DNA of 64,000 nt. It comes from Welwitschia mirabilis (Eukaryota). A program made the translations under genes and the position numbers. Position 1 is the first letter of the stretch. Every line of letters starts with the position of its first letter. Location of the stretch: positions 19,123,681-19,187,680 of the forward strand of contig JBOZIK010000001.1 in NCBI GenBank assembly GCA_051453625.1. The letters are read 5' to 3'. Below, piece after piece: positions 51,559 through 64,000 of the stretch. Below the pieces are notes generated by a model, which ran no database searches, was not told the origin of the DNA, and saw only the letters and a program-made list of their open reading frames with translations.

Positions 51559-54332
51559 CTATATTAATGTAAATGTTATGAGTACAAGAGTTATCCTAGG
51601 ATACAAATCCAAGAGAAATAAAAACCCAACTTTTACTAATAAAACTAGGACTTCCATTTGAAGGATAGTCATAGTATTATTATTTCCAAGAGATAAATGT
51701 AGTAATAAAAACATATTACCTTACATAAACCAAATCCATAACTATCATAGAATTATTTTGTTTTGCAAGATTATAGAGAGGAAATGCATTATTAACCAAA
51801 TAGACTAAGCTAGGGAATAGGCATAGCCTCAAGATCTAGCATGAAAATAATAGTAATGACTAAAACCTTCAATAAAAATAGACTTATTCTATAGTTATTT
51901 CAAATGAAATGTATTTAACATTCATGAAAGCTCAAGCTTGGGTAAAGGCTCTAAGTCACTTTAACTCTCCTAGACTACTTCAAAAGCATGCAAAGTAGGA
52001 TATTATGCCTAAATAACATCAAATGATAGTAAACTAAAAGCTCAGATTAAAATAAAAGATTCACTTGAAAATATAGAAATGCTTACAAATACTTCAATTC
52101 TTATCAAGTATTATAAGTATGAAAAACTACATGCCTAAAATAAATAAATTAAACTAAAAAAAATCCGATCATTATTGCATAAAATGGAATAAAGTCTACA
52201 TCAAAAGATTTAAATCAAACTAGAAATGTCATGCTAGCCTTCAAAGGCTAGCTCATCCTTAATCAAAAGGTTAGAAGCTAAACATGCTAAGTGCTTTCAT
52301 AGTAATTTGTAAAAATCACTAAAGCATCAACCACCATTAAAGTAAGGCCAATGAGGGCTTTTATACATGAAAATTAGGGTTAGAAATAGGCTTCTAGAAA
52401 TTTTCATAAAATTGAGCCTCTTAAAATCTAGTCATCAATAAGCTCAATTAACTTAGTAACCAAACTCAATCCTGAAAACATAAGAGAAGAGGTGTGTTAT
52501 GCAATTTAACTAGCATTAGTATCAAGTATACTAGTTCCATCAGTTTCTTAGGGAGTTAGCTCTCTAGCTTCTTAAACAATGCTCTTATCCTGCTAGCAAC
52601 CTGCAAAATGACAGTGTAGAGGATAAATATTAGTAAATCATGATTTAATCAACATTGATTATAATAAATGCATAAAATATATGAGAAAGATAAAATGATC
52701 ATGCTAAACTGGCCTTAATAACTTGAAATAAATATCAATTTTTACATGTTAACATGCCTCTTAACCAACTTTGTATTAGTGTCTTAGCAAAAGTGTGATA
52801 AAGATGAATAACATGATAAAAAGTGAAATGTAAAATCATTTAACTATGATGCAAAAATGATGATGAAAAATTCAAAAAATTTTAATCAATTTTCAGGAAA
52901 AATTGCACTTAAATCAAAACAATAAGGCATCAATAAGTGTTAAGTGTAATTGTCACTCTTTCCAACCAAAATAAACTTTATCTTCAAAGTCTATAAGAGA
53001 GATAATGAATGTAAAAATGAGAGCAAGTCAAAGCATGTAGCTAGCTAGAAAAAGAAAATGTAGAAAAATGAAAGATACTTAAGAAAATTATACAATGCAT
53101 GCTATGTTAAAATGTACCTAAAAAGGATGCATGAAAATGAAAATAAGCCTTAGAAGTAATGGTAATCATTGTATTGCAAATGAGGACTATTGTGAAGGAT
53201 GAAATGGTAATGAAAATGAAATTGAAAATGAAAAATAAAAATTGAGAAATGAGATGGCAAGTTAAAGGTCAAAAATGAGTTATAAAATGTGTGATAGTTA
53301 GTTTCTAAAAATGTTTAGTAATGAAACTAAATCTTAACTAATTACAAATGAGATGAAAATTTTTCAGAAAAAACTAAGACTAGAATTCCACAAAAGAACA
53401 ATAATAATAGTCAACTGTAGTGATGACATTGGTTTAGTTATGTTCTGAGGTTTGATGTTGTATGTGTAGATTTAGGAGTCAGAATGAAAAATACTAAAGT
53501 TATTAGCCAAATTTAGTGAGAAAGGAAATTAACAAAAATAATGACTGAGAGTTAATTTTCACTATATGGGGGAAAAACATTATAACTAGAGTTATACATA
53601 AAAATAAAACATTACAATGTGTATTGTGAAAATTAATAATGTATGAGAAAACAAAATGGGGAATGAAAGTGAGGAAAAGGAGTTAAATAGTTGATCCTCA
53701 ATAAGATGCTATCCTTTTAAGATTCTTATTTATCTTCTCTTGCTTCTTAAATTTAACCTTTTGCTTTTGTGATATTTGCTTTATTTTTTCCCTTAGCTTA
53801 CCAATCCATATCTTGTGCTTTCTTGGTGCTTGCTCAAAAAGTGATTCACTTGAAGTGGAAGAAAAGTATTGTGGAGGAGAAAAAGGGGAATAAGCAAAAG
53901 AAGGAGGTTGAGAATGCATAGGAGTAGGATCTTGAGTTATTCNNNNNNNNNNCTCTTGTTGTTGATTTTTTCCCTTAGAACCTAATCCAAATTCTTGCAC
54001 TTTTGAATTGGACTATCTTCTTAGGTGTAATGGTTTATATGTAAGACCTATTTCAACTATTACAATCAAAGGTGATGTGAGGGTTGTTGTAAATGAGGTT
54101 GAAAACTAAACATGAAAGAGGCAAGTTACTCTTATAACCTACATGGGTAGCTATGGTATGAAAAATGAATTTAGGAACATTGAATAGTATGATATCTTGG
54201 ATGATCCTAATCAAGTCTAAGTGGCTACTATAAGCATCTATAACATGAGATTAGGTAAAATGTTCCTAATGATGAATCTAGAGCTAATTAAAGGGCTCTA
54301 TCTGTATTGGTTGCATATTCAACATTCGAGAT
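51559..54332 (-). mobile_element. 3' part (LTR plus extra-ORF region) of an older Athila-like element, interrupted at 54333
   Basis: LTR-like block ends 'tttacatgttaaca' at 52754, with a flank similar to that at 55662-55720. Extra-ORF remnant at 53698-54330 (SNLPLSCLVF..., P/S-rich, coiled-coil tail). Confidence 0.6.
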
Positions 54333-57300
54333 TGTTCACTTTAATATAATGACTTAGATTTAAACTAAGTTAATACTTAGTATCATTCTCTCTAAAGGGA
54401 TAATCTGGGTTGTCTTAGAGAAAGTATACAACTCTTTCTTAACTTACAAGTTACAATAAAAGAAAGGAAAAATAGAGAGAGCTGGGAAAGTGTTTTGAAA
54501 CTTCATTGGAAAGATAGGAAAGCAAGAAAGCTCTAAGGTCTAACCCAACTTGTCCTCTAGTAGTTCTTCACTCTAATGATACCCTACTATTTTCTTGAAA
54601 CACACTTCAAACTATGAAGTAATAATGGCTCAGATCATGGTGACATAATTTCATTCATCACATAAAGATTGTTGAACTCAATAGCCACTTGATCCTTCAC
54701 AGCCTTAAAATGATAATAGATAATAAGGACCTAAGGTATTCAAAATACATTAACTTAAAGAAGGATTAGACTAAATGATTATAGGATTTACTCAAATGGC
54801 AATAGAACTTAATACTAAAATTACTGCTTAAGCATTAAAAGTACAAAGTGATTTGCAACTTAAAATCAAACTAAGACAAATATTGTGTATTAAATCAATA
54901 AAGGCACATTATATCAAAGGAAGAAGGAATCTAGAAAGGACTTCTCAAGCTATTGTTGAAGCAAGTTTACTCCCCAATGAAAGAATTTAGAAGGCCATGT
55001 CGACTCGGCACTCCAAAGGTTCTATTATTTTGGCAAAACAAAGGATGTTACAAATGAGGGCTTAACACCATCTTATAGGCAGGCATGAGGTGAGGGGTGG
55101 TAACAAGTTTTTGTCTTATAGTGTTAGATGAGTGGTTACAAACTATAGCATGTAGCGTTTTATCATCTTGCATTAGGTAGGAATCATCATGATGAGCTCA
55201 ATACTTAACTTCTAAACACTATTGCTTCCATTAATCAATAATGTTGTTATGTGTCTCATTCTACTTAGCATTGTTACATGTCACTGCTACATGTCATTGT
55301 CATCATTGCCATGTATCGTTAAAAATGTTAGTTATTTTTTATGTAAAATTCAATTAATCCCATAATTTCATTCAACTAAATTTTGTATGAAAAGTTAAGA
55401 ATGTAAGTTTTGAAGTGCTTTAATCAGAAGGACTAATGGTGTTAATGACCTAGACAGTGGTGCTAGCACTTTAAACTAAATGATGTTCATATTTTGTAAT
55501 GTTCCTATGAATAAGATAATTATCCTCAAAATGTCATGAAAAGTAATAAGTCCATGATTATTATAGAAAAGCAATAGAAGATATGTTTTCATAACAAATA
55601 GATTATATTAGTATCTTTTATTAAAATAAATTGGTTAATTAACTTAATCAGGATGTTAGTTTTTACATGTTAACACATCCCCTAACTAGACTTTTTCTAG
55701 AATCTTAGCAAAAAGTTGATAATGAAATGATCAACATGGGAAAAATTGTATAAGGTAAAATACTTAACTGTAAAAAATAATATATCTTTGAAAAATTTAT
55801 AACCAATTTTATAAAATTAAGGTATTAAAATTTAAAAATTTTGTGAAAAATTAAATGTCATCCCCCCCAACCAAAATTGAACTCTGGTTTCAAAGTTTTT
55901 ATAATAGAAAGTTTTAATGCTTTTGAAAACATAGCCTTAGAAAGATTTCAACAATTCATTTTATTAAAAGAAAAAGATGTAAAGTGATTCAACTAAGCTA
56001 TCAAAAGGTAGAACTACCAAATGCGAGACAAACTGCTAATCAAAAAGTTAATCTATATACCTTATGATGTTATCTCTCATGAAATCAGGATAAAGTGGAA
56101 TGGGTGATCGAGACAGAGAATGAAAACATGATAAGGTATTAACCATGCAACTGATGGTAAGAGGAGATAATATACCTAATTCAATGATCTTTATTATATT
56201 TTTATTATTTTTAATGAATCTCGATATCAAATAAACATAGAATTGATCAACAAGAAATCATAGCAAATCTTAAGTATGAAAGCTAAAGATAACAGAACTT
56301 AGAAGGCTTCCAATTTCCACCTTTTTTCCCCTTTATTTTCCTTTTCTACTAACATATATGTTCTTAGTTTTAAGCCTTTGAATCACATTGAGCATCCAGT
56401 GTTATAACATTTTCTTGCAATAAAGTTAAGCATGTTATTTTATGAATAAATTAGTGTTGCATTGCCAGTAAGAATTTATAGCCTTAATGCAGTTGATTAT
56501 GTTATAATTAGATTGTTAGGGCTACATTGTCAGTGAACATCCATAGCTTCAATATAGTTAACTAAACCAAATTAAGTGATAATGAGATATACATTAGAGA
56601 AGAGATGATATTTTTTCTTTTTTTATTTCTTCTCATATTCATTTTTCATGCACATAAGAGGGGTTATTGGCTCATTAGCCTAATCAAGAAAAATCTTATC
56701 CCCATTAAAATATTAAAAAATAATGAACAAAATATGTTGGTATATCCCATTTTTCTTATCCATGTTTTACTAAAATCAAAGACTTCAATAGAACCTAACT
56801 TTAATAATTAGACTTAAGAGAAGGGTGACTTTTCCTTAAAAACCCATAAGTGTACTTAATCATAATCATTACTTAAGTGATAACAAGATCACTTATTATT
56901 GATTTTTGTTAAACACCATTAACTTGGATCTATAAGTCTCATAAATTCATAAGTTAATGGAAGGCATAGATGGTAATGTTTAAGGTGATGTCCATTAACT
57001 TTGAATTGTTGGTGATTTTGAGTGCTTTTGATAAAACCATTTGACAAAACCTTTTGTTATTAGAAATAGATCTTTCCACTTAGAAACTAGTTTTCCTAGG
57101 AATAAATGTAATCATAAGGTATATAGCAAAATTAGTTCTTCTTCTTGCAACTCTTTCCTAAGGATGTTTTCATCTAACTCATTAAGTTATATGACCCTTT
57201 TTTTTCTTGCTACCTCCAGACCCAAGTTCATGTTTTTAATCACCTAATATGCTTTATGTTCAAGTTCGATAGGTAAACAACAAGATTTTTCATAGAATAA

Positions 57301-60300
57301 CCTAAATGAGAAAATTTCTAAAGGTGTCTTATAAGCTATTTAATAGGTTCATAGAATGTCATTAAGCTTAAAAGATCAATCTTTTCTAATTGAGTTNNNN
57401 NNNNNNNNNNNNNNNNNNNNNNNNNNNNNNNNNNNNNNNNNNNNNNNNNNNNNNNNNNNNNNNGAGGGTAATCAAATCATGTTAAGATTTTTTTCCTTAA
57501 ATAATTTCACCACTATTTAAGCATCATTAGATTAATACTTTCGTACCTAGTAACAATGTTGTTAAATATTCTAGTGCAAAAGTGCATTTTACTATTGCTA
57601 ATCAAAACTCGAGGGTAATCAAATCATGTTAAGATTTTTTTCCTTAAATAATTTCACCACTATTTAAGCATCATTAGATTAATACTTTCGTACCTAGTAA
57701 CAATGTTGTTAAATATTCTAGTGCAAAAGTGCATTTTACTATTGCTAATCAAAACTCGAGGGTAATCAAATCATGTTAAGATTTTTTTCCTTAAATAATT
57801 TCACCACTATTTAAGCATCATTAGATTAATACTTGCATTCTTCTACACATTTAGTAATGTAATCAATGTAAATAAGAATATATTGATGTCTTTTTAGGAA
57901 GGATATAGGCCTTGAACGTTAATTACCCAAATATCAAAGGATTTAGTGACAAGGATGGGGTTTATAGGCATCATATGCTTTTATGAAAGACTGTAAATAA
58001 TATTAAAGGATCCAATGATGAGGATGGGGTTTAGACTCATCATATGCTTTTATGAAAGCATATTGAGCTTTTCATAATTTTTGCAAGTTTTGCAATAGAG
58101 GTAGGAGCTCTTAAACATGGATGGCCAATAAAAAATGGATTGGAGAATTTTCATGGTGGTTTTGTTAGTAAAATAATGGCCATCACAAGCCTTAGAATGG
58201 CAATGCTTAAGAATGTCATGAATTTCAAATTGAGAGATACATTTAAAACTTACTTATTTTGGCAATACTTAAACAAATAAGGACTATTCCAAAAGAATTA
58301 TTTAGCTGACTTAAGAATTGTTTTCTATTGTTAAAGATCCAGTGAGAGTAAATAACCTTGTACACTAAGTAGTTTGCAATATTAATAAACAAAGGTATTT
58401 TCTAAACTAAAAAAATGTATTCATCAAAAAAGGCATGATCCATGGAAAGGAATGTTTGCATGTTTTCTTGAGTTATTCATGAAAGGTGGCCTACAATTAT
58501 GTTATCAAAACCCTTTTGATTCTTGATTTCTAAATCAAATTTATACAAAAGGAGGATCCATCTAATTAATTTAGGCTTTAAATCCTTTTTAGCAAATAGT
58601 TATCTAAGGACTAAGTGGTGTGTGTAGATAATTACCTTAGAGCCTAACAAATATTGCCTAAATTTTTATAAGATAAAGACTATGGTGAGGAGCCCCTTTT
58701 TTATGTTAATGTAGTTCAATTAAGTTTTAGTTAGCATTTTACTGGTATAATAGATTATAGTTAGTTTTCTATTTATTCTTTGTCCTAAAGCAGCTTCAAT
58801 CTCATAAGTTCTAGTGTCTCATATAAGTTTAAAGGATAACTTCCAATCAAGCAGTCAAATAATAGGTGTAGAGGTAAGTTTTCCTTAAGTTCATCAAAAG
58901 CATGTTAACAATCAATGGTTCAATTAATAGAGGTATCTTTGCTTAGGAGGTTACATAATGATTTAGAGATTTTGCTAAAGTTTTTCATGAACCTCCTATA
59001 ATATTTTATATGAATCTTTCTACTTTTGTAGAGTGGGAAGGTGAATGATTAGATAAAATTTTATTGGATGTACTTGAATTTCTTCTAAAGAGATAATGTG
59101 TTCTAATACTATGCCTTTTTTAACCATGAAATAGCATTTTTTCCCACTCAAGAACAAGGTATTTTTCTATACATTGCATAAGAACAAGCTCTAAGTTGTG
59201 AAGGCAATGGTTGAAAGAGGACCTATGGATAGAGAAATCATCCATAAGTATTTTAATGCATCAATCTAATAAATCAACTAAAATTCTAATTAGGTAATGT
59301 TGAAATGTGGCTAGCGCATTGTATAACCCAAAAGGCATTCTTTTATAAGCAAAGCTTTTATATGGACAAGTGAAAGTTGCTTTATATTACTCCTCAGTGG
59401 CAATTTCTATTTGGTTGTACCCTGAATACCCATCTAAAAAGTAATAAAAAGAATTTCCCATGAGTTGTTCTAAGATTTAACTAAAAAATAAGAGAGTGAA
59501 ATGATCATTTCTTGATATAACATTTAGTTTTCCATAATATATGCACATTCTCTCTTTAACTGCAGGTTTAGTGGGGAGAGGTTTATTATGTTCATTTGGG
59601 ACTAGGATAATTCTAGATTTATTTGCTACTGTTTGGGTTGGACTTACCCATTTACTATCTCAGATGGTTTAGATGATTCCATTGTCATAATAATTTGATT
59701 ACTTCATTCTTCTTCTTTCAAGGTTGATTCTATTCTTCTTTGGGATTCTATGGATGACTTAGCATTTTCTTATAAGTAAATGTGATGCATGCAAATGTTA
59801 GGGTCAATTCACCTGATGCCAAAGAAGATCCATCCTATTTCTTCCCTATGTTTTATTAAGATGTTTAGCAATCCAGTTTCTTGAGATGTTGATAAAAAAG
59901 AATTTATCACTATCGAGAAGGTGGGATTTTCTTCTAAGAAATCATACTTGCGATTTTTTAGAAGAGGCTTAAGTTCAATGGGGGTTTTATCCTAAAAGTA
60001 TGATTACTCTAAAGAATTATTTGTATGAAGGTATGTGGAGGATTCTTGATCATCTAGAAGGCTTTCTATCCTATCCACATTTTCTACTCCATCATCATTA
60101 GAATGTAATTTCATGACATTACAAACATTTAATTCTATCATCATATTGCTGAAGGATATTTTCATTAAACCATTTCTATAATTAATCAAGGCCTTTGAGG
60201 TTACTAGCAAAGGCCTTTCTAAGATGATGAGTACTAACTTATTTATTGTGTTTTACATGTCCAAAAGTACAAAATCCACTAAAAATTAATAGCTACCTAC

Positions 60301-63300
60301 TCTAACAATGACATCCTCAATAGATCCTAATTAGGATTTTACAAAATTATTAGCGATCTGTAGTTAGAGTTTTGTATTTTTAAGCCCTTTCAAGCCTAAT
60401 TATCTGTAAGTTCCATAAGAAAGCAAGTTTATACTAGTTCCTAAATCTAATAAGGCTTAGTTAAGTTGTTTATTTCCTATGGTAATGGCAATTGTAGGGA
60501 ATCTAGGGTTTTTGTATTTAGGTGAAAATTGGTTTTTAAAGGATTGCACTTATTTGCTATGCCAAAAAGACTTTACTCTTTACATTCATATGTCTTTTCA
60601 CCATATACATGTCCTTTAGGAACCTTGTATAAGAAGGGACTTGCGTAATGGCTTCTAAGAGAAGGATATTTATGTTTACTTCTTTAAAGATTTATAAAGC
60701 CTCTAATTATTTTTTAATAATATTTTCCTTCCTAAGCTATTGGGGAAAGGATAAAGGCTTTTTATGAATGGGCAAGGATTCTTCTATTATTTCATTCTTT
60801 TTCTTATGAAACTTAGTTTTTCATTGGTCTTGTTTTGTGTAAGTGGATTATCTAATTCTTTTTTTCTCCTAAGTGAATGAACTTTCTATGTGTGTGGGCT
60901 CTATTCCTTTTGTGAACCTAACCCCTTTTGGATTTGGTTGTGGGATCATAAGAAGTTTACTTAGTTCTCTTTGATTTATAGAAAAGACAATGTGAGTTTG
61001 AGTTTGTTAAGATTTTTAAAGGAGAAGGAATGTTGTTTAATATTTTATTCATGATCATGATTTAGCTAGGTTTTGGTTTCCATGAATTTTTTTAAGGATT
61101 CCTCCAGAGGGGTGGATGAAGATGGTTTTTAATAGTTTGATGAAAAGGAATGAAAGGGTGATGAGGAAAATGAATTTTTTGGTTGGTTGTTTTGATTATA
61201 CAAATTGTCTTATTTTCAATAAAAGTTGGAATGATCCCTTCTTCTAAGGTTGTAGGTATTGGAATAGGGATTGTTCTTTTGGCTTTGCCATTGGTTTTCT
61301 ACATTATTAACTTATTGATTTATAGTATGCTAAAATAGGAAAATGGATGGATGCTTGGTTATTTTATGGGTATCTATGTGGTAAATTAGCCATTCAGGTT
61401 TTGTCTCTATAGGTAAAGGTGAGGTGGAAAATGATTCTACTTTTCTTGCTAATTCATTTATCTTATTGTTGACACTGAAGTTATCAGGTACTTTGAATAC
61501 ACTAAAGAACCTAATAAGATGGTGGAATTTAGATGATTCACTAGGCATCTCCCAATTTTTGGAACTCCTAGCTATGGTTTTGAGGTAGCCTGAAACTTTA
61601 TTTAATGGTATACTAAGAGAACTAACCCTACTCATCATCTTAATTAATTACCTATTTTTAATGGATAATCCATTGTAAAAGAAACTAATTTTTCTCCTTG
61701 GCTCAAATCCATACTATGGGAATTTTTTTAGCAAGTTCTTAAATCTTTCTAAGATTTGGGAAAAGGTTTCATGATCTTTTTGCTAATAGTTCATTATCTC
61801 TCTTTTTAAGGCATTTGTCTTATGATTTAGGAAAAATTTGGATATGAAGGCCTTATTTAAATTAGACTATTATCTAATGGATAAGGGCTTGAGGTTAGAG
61901 ATCCATGATTTAGCCTTTTCTTTTAAGAAAAATAAAAAGAGAATGATCCCAAGGGTATTATGAGTATTTAGATATTGAGGTATGGTTGACAATAGACATT
62001 CAAATTCCTTAAGGTTTAGGTATGGATCTTGAAATTTTAGACCATGAAAGTGAGATAAAAGCTAAATGGTAAATGGTTTGAATTCTAATGTTTAGTTTAT
62101 AAGTGGGTGTATTATGTGTGAAGGGGTCCCTAAGCATTGAGGTTGAAGATAATCATGATGGATTCACTTAATGGTTTTATTTGCTACATTATTTTGGGCT
62201 CTGGCTATTTCTTGGCTAGGGTAGAAGGCATTTAATTAGTCGATTATTTCTTGGTTTGATCATGATACATTAAAGGAAAATTGAAAATTAAATTGGACAT
62301 TTAGATTTTGTTGTTGGGATGAAGAGGCTTATTCTCTTTGAGTGTTGTTATGGAATTGGTTTTCCTAGGGGATTCTTTATTCTTCTTCAGAAATGGGGTT
62401 CATATTAAAGGGATTTCTAATCAACCTACTTGATTCATCTTGCATCCAAGGCATGTAAGGCTCAAATGAGTTTTAGACAAGTTACAAAAAGGTTATAAAT
62501 ATAGCCCAAATGACACAAGGATTTCCAAGTTTTAATAGGAGTCTTAGGAAAAATTTCATAGGCATTTACTCAAGAGAGCAACACTAATGAGGCAATGCAG
62601 TGACATCAATAAAGGTGTGAGTTACAATTGCAGAAAAATATTAGGGGTTTACATGATTCTCGCAAAGTGTTTGATGTTACAGAGTCATAGAAAGATGTAA
62701 CAAAAATAAAAATGGTATCACACTCAAAACCAATCCTAATGAAATATTTTTTAGTATTTTAGCATTTTAGAATAGCAAATTCGTAGAATGCATAGAATAG
62801 AAAATTAAATTACTAAATTACAAAAATGTAAGAAATAATTGAAATCATACAAGATGAGTTAAATTTTAGTTTTAATTAAATTCTAGACTTGCAACACAAA
62901 TCAAGTTAGAAAAGAAAAACTAAAGAAACTCAAAAACTAGACTAGTTTGGGTATCACTAGAAATGATCAGTATGAATCACTAGAAAGAAAAAAAAGGAAA
63001 ATAAATAGTTAAAAGAAAAGAAAATAAACCAATTCAGGTTTCATTAGAGAAGATCAGTACCAACCACTGCAAAAATAAAAAATTAAACTAAAAATCTTAT
63101 AAGAAAGTAAATTTTTTGCTCCTTTTAAGCAGCTACAATGCCATTATCCCCAAAAACGATGTCAAAAATCTTATTTGCTTTAGTACAATGAGTCGTATTT
63201 AAATTGTATTAATACTCAATATCATTCTCTCCATAGTGATAATTTGGATTGTTTTACAAAAAGTACACAACTCTTGCTTTGCAAGTTACAATTAAAGAAA

Positions 63301-64000
63301 GGAAAAATATAAAGAGTTGAGAATTTTATTTTAAAACTTCATTGAAAATATAGGAAAGTAAGCAAGATCTAAGATCTAACCCAACTTATCCTCTAGCAAT
63401 TCTTTACTCCAATGATATCCTGCACTTTCCTTAAACATACTTCAAACTATCAACTAATAACAACTTGGGTCATGGTGACATAATTTCATTCACCATATAA
63501 AGGTTAATGAACTTAATAGCTACTTAATCCTTCATAGCCTTAAAATACTAATGGACAGTAAGGAACTAAGGTATTGAAAATCCATTAAATTACAGAAGAG
63601 TTAGACTAAGTGATCATATAATTCACTCAAATGAAAATAGAACTTGATACTAAAGTTGCTACTTGAGAATTAAAAGTATAAAGTGTCTTGCATCTTAAAA
63701 TTAAAAGAAGACTATGTATTAAATCAACAAAGGCACACTACATCAAAGGAAGAAGGAAGTTGGAAAAAACTCCTCGAGCTATCTGTAAAGCAAGCTCACT
63801 TCCCAAAGTAAGTAGTTAGTAGGTCATATTAACTTCATTCTCTAAAGCTTTTATTCTTTCATCAAAATTGAGGATGTTACAAATGAGGGTTTAAGGCCCT
63901 TTTATAGGCAAGCATGGGGTAAGGAGTGGTTACAAGTCTTTCACTTGTAACGTTAGGTGAGTAGTTACAAAATATGGCATATAGCATTTTATCATCTTTC
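54333..64000 (-). mobile_element. Degenerate Athila-like Ty3/Gypsy element (5' LTR runs off the window)
   Basis: LTR 54333-55675 is collinear with 63172-64000. Reverse PBS 'tccccaaaaacgatgtca' at ~63147-63164 and PPT-like 'catccccta' at 55676. Minus-strand gag (~60800-62200) and pol remnants (FLDGYSGYNQI, KMPFGLYNA, KVNGHHLK). Confidence 0.92.
57464..57834. repeat. 147-bp tandem repeat (~2.5 identical units) abutting an N gap within integrase
   Basis: Units start at 57464, 57611 and 57758 and appear identical. Probably an assembly artefact. Confidence 0.85.

Noticed and set aside
57464-57834. 147-bp tandem repeat as satellite or CRISPR-like array
   Set aside because: The units are identical, have no spacers, derive from integrase sequence and abut an N gap. 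Most likely a gap-filling artefact.

Overview
AT-rich, CpG-depleted land-plant nuclear DNA from a draft scaffold with many N gaps. It is dominated by decayed, nested transposable elements. The only intact host gene is a two-exon P-class PPR gene (minus strand, 25776-27728, ~609 aa, At3g62470-like). Other contents, in order: (i) the 3' extra ORF of a Sirevirus-like element; (ii) a degenerate endogenous caulimovirid (movement protein, capsid with zinc knuckle, aspartic protease, start of RT), preceded in frame by a hydrophobic transmembrane-like segment; (iii) a duplicated ~1.9-kb cassette of captured, intron-bearing exons from TOR kinase (FRB region) and acetoacetyl-CoA thiolase, followed by CACTA-like subterminal repeats; (iv) LINE ORF1 and Copia pol remnants; (v) a gag-only Copia element carrying a nested gag-only Gypsy element with a perfect 5-bp TSD; (vi) tRNA-derived SINE copies and a pogo/DDE_1 transposase remnant; (vii) a full Athila-like element (30968-51553) whose 3' LTR is split by a 9.5-kb, three-LTR Sirevirus-like insertion that also contains an intronless bHLH30/32-like pseudogene; (viii) two more nested Athila-like elements on the minus strand. 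All protein assignments come from manual translation and recalled family motifs. No database searches were run.
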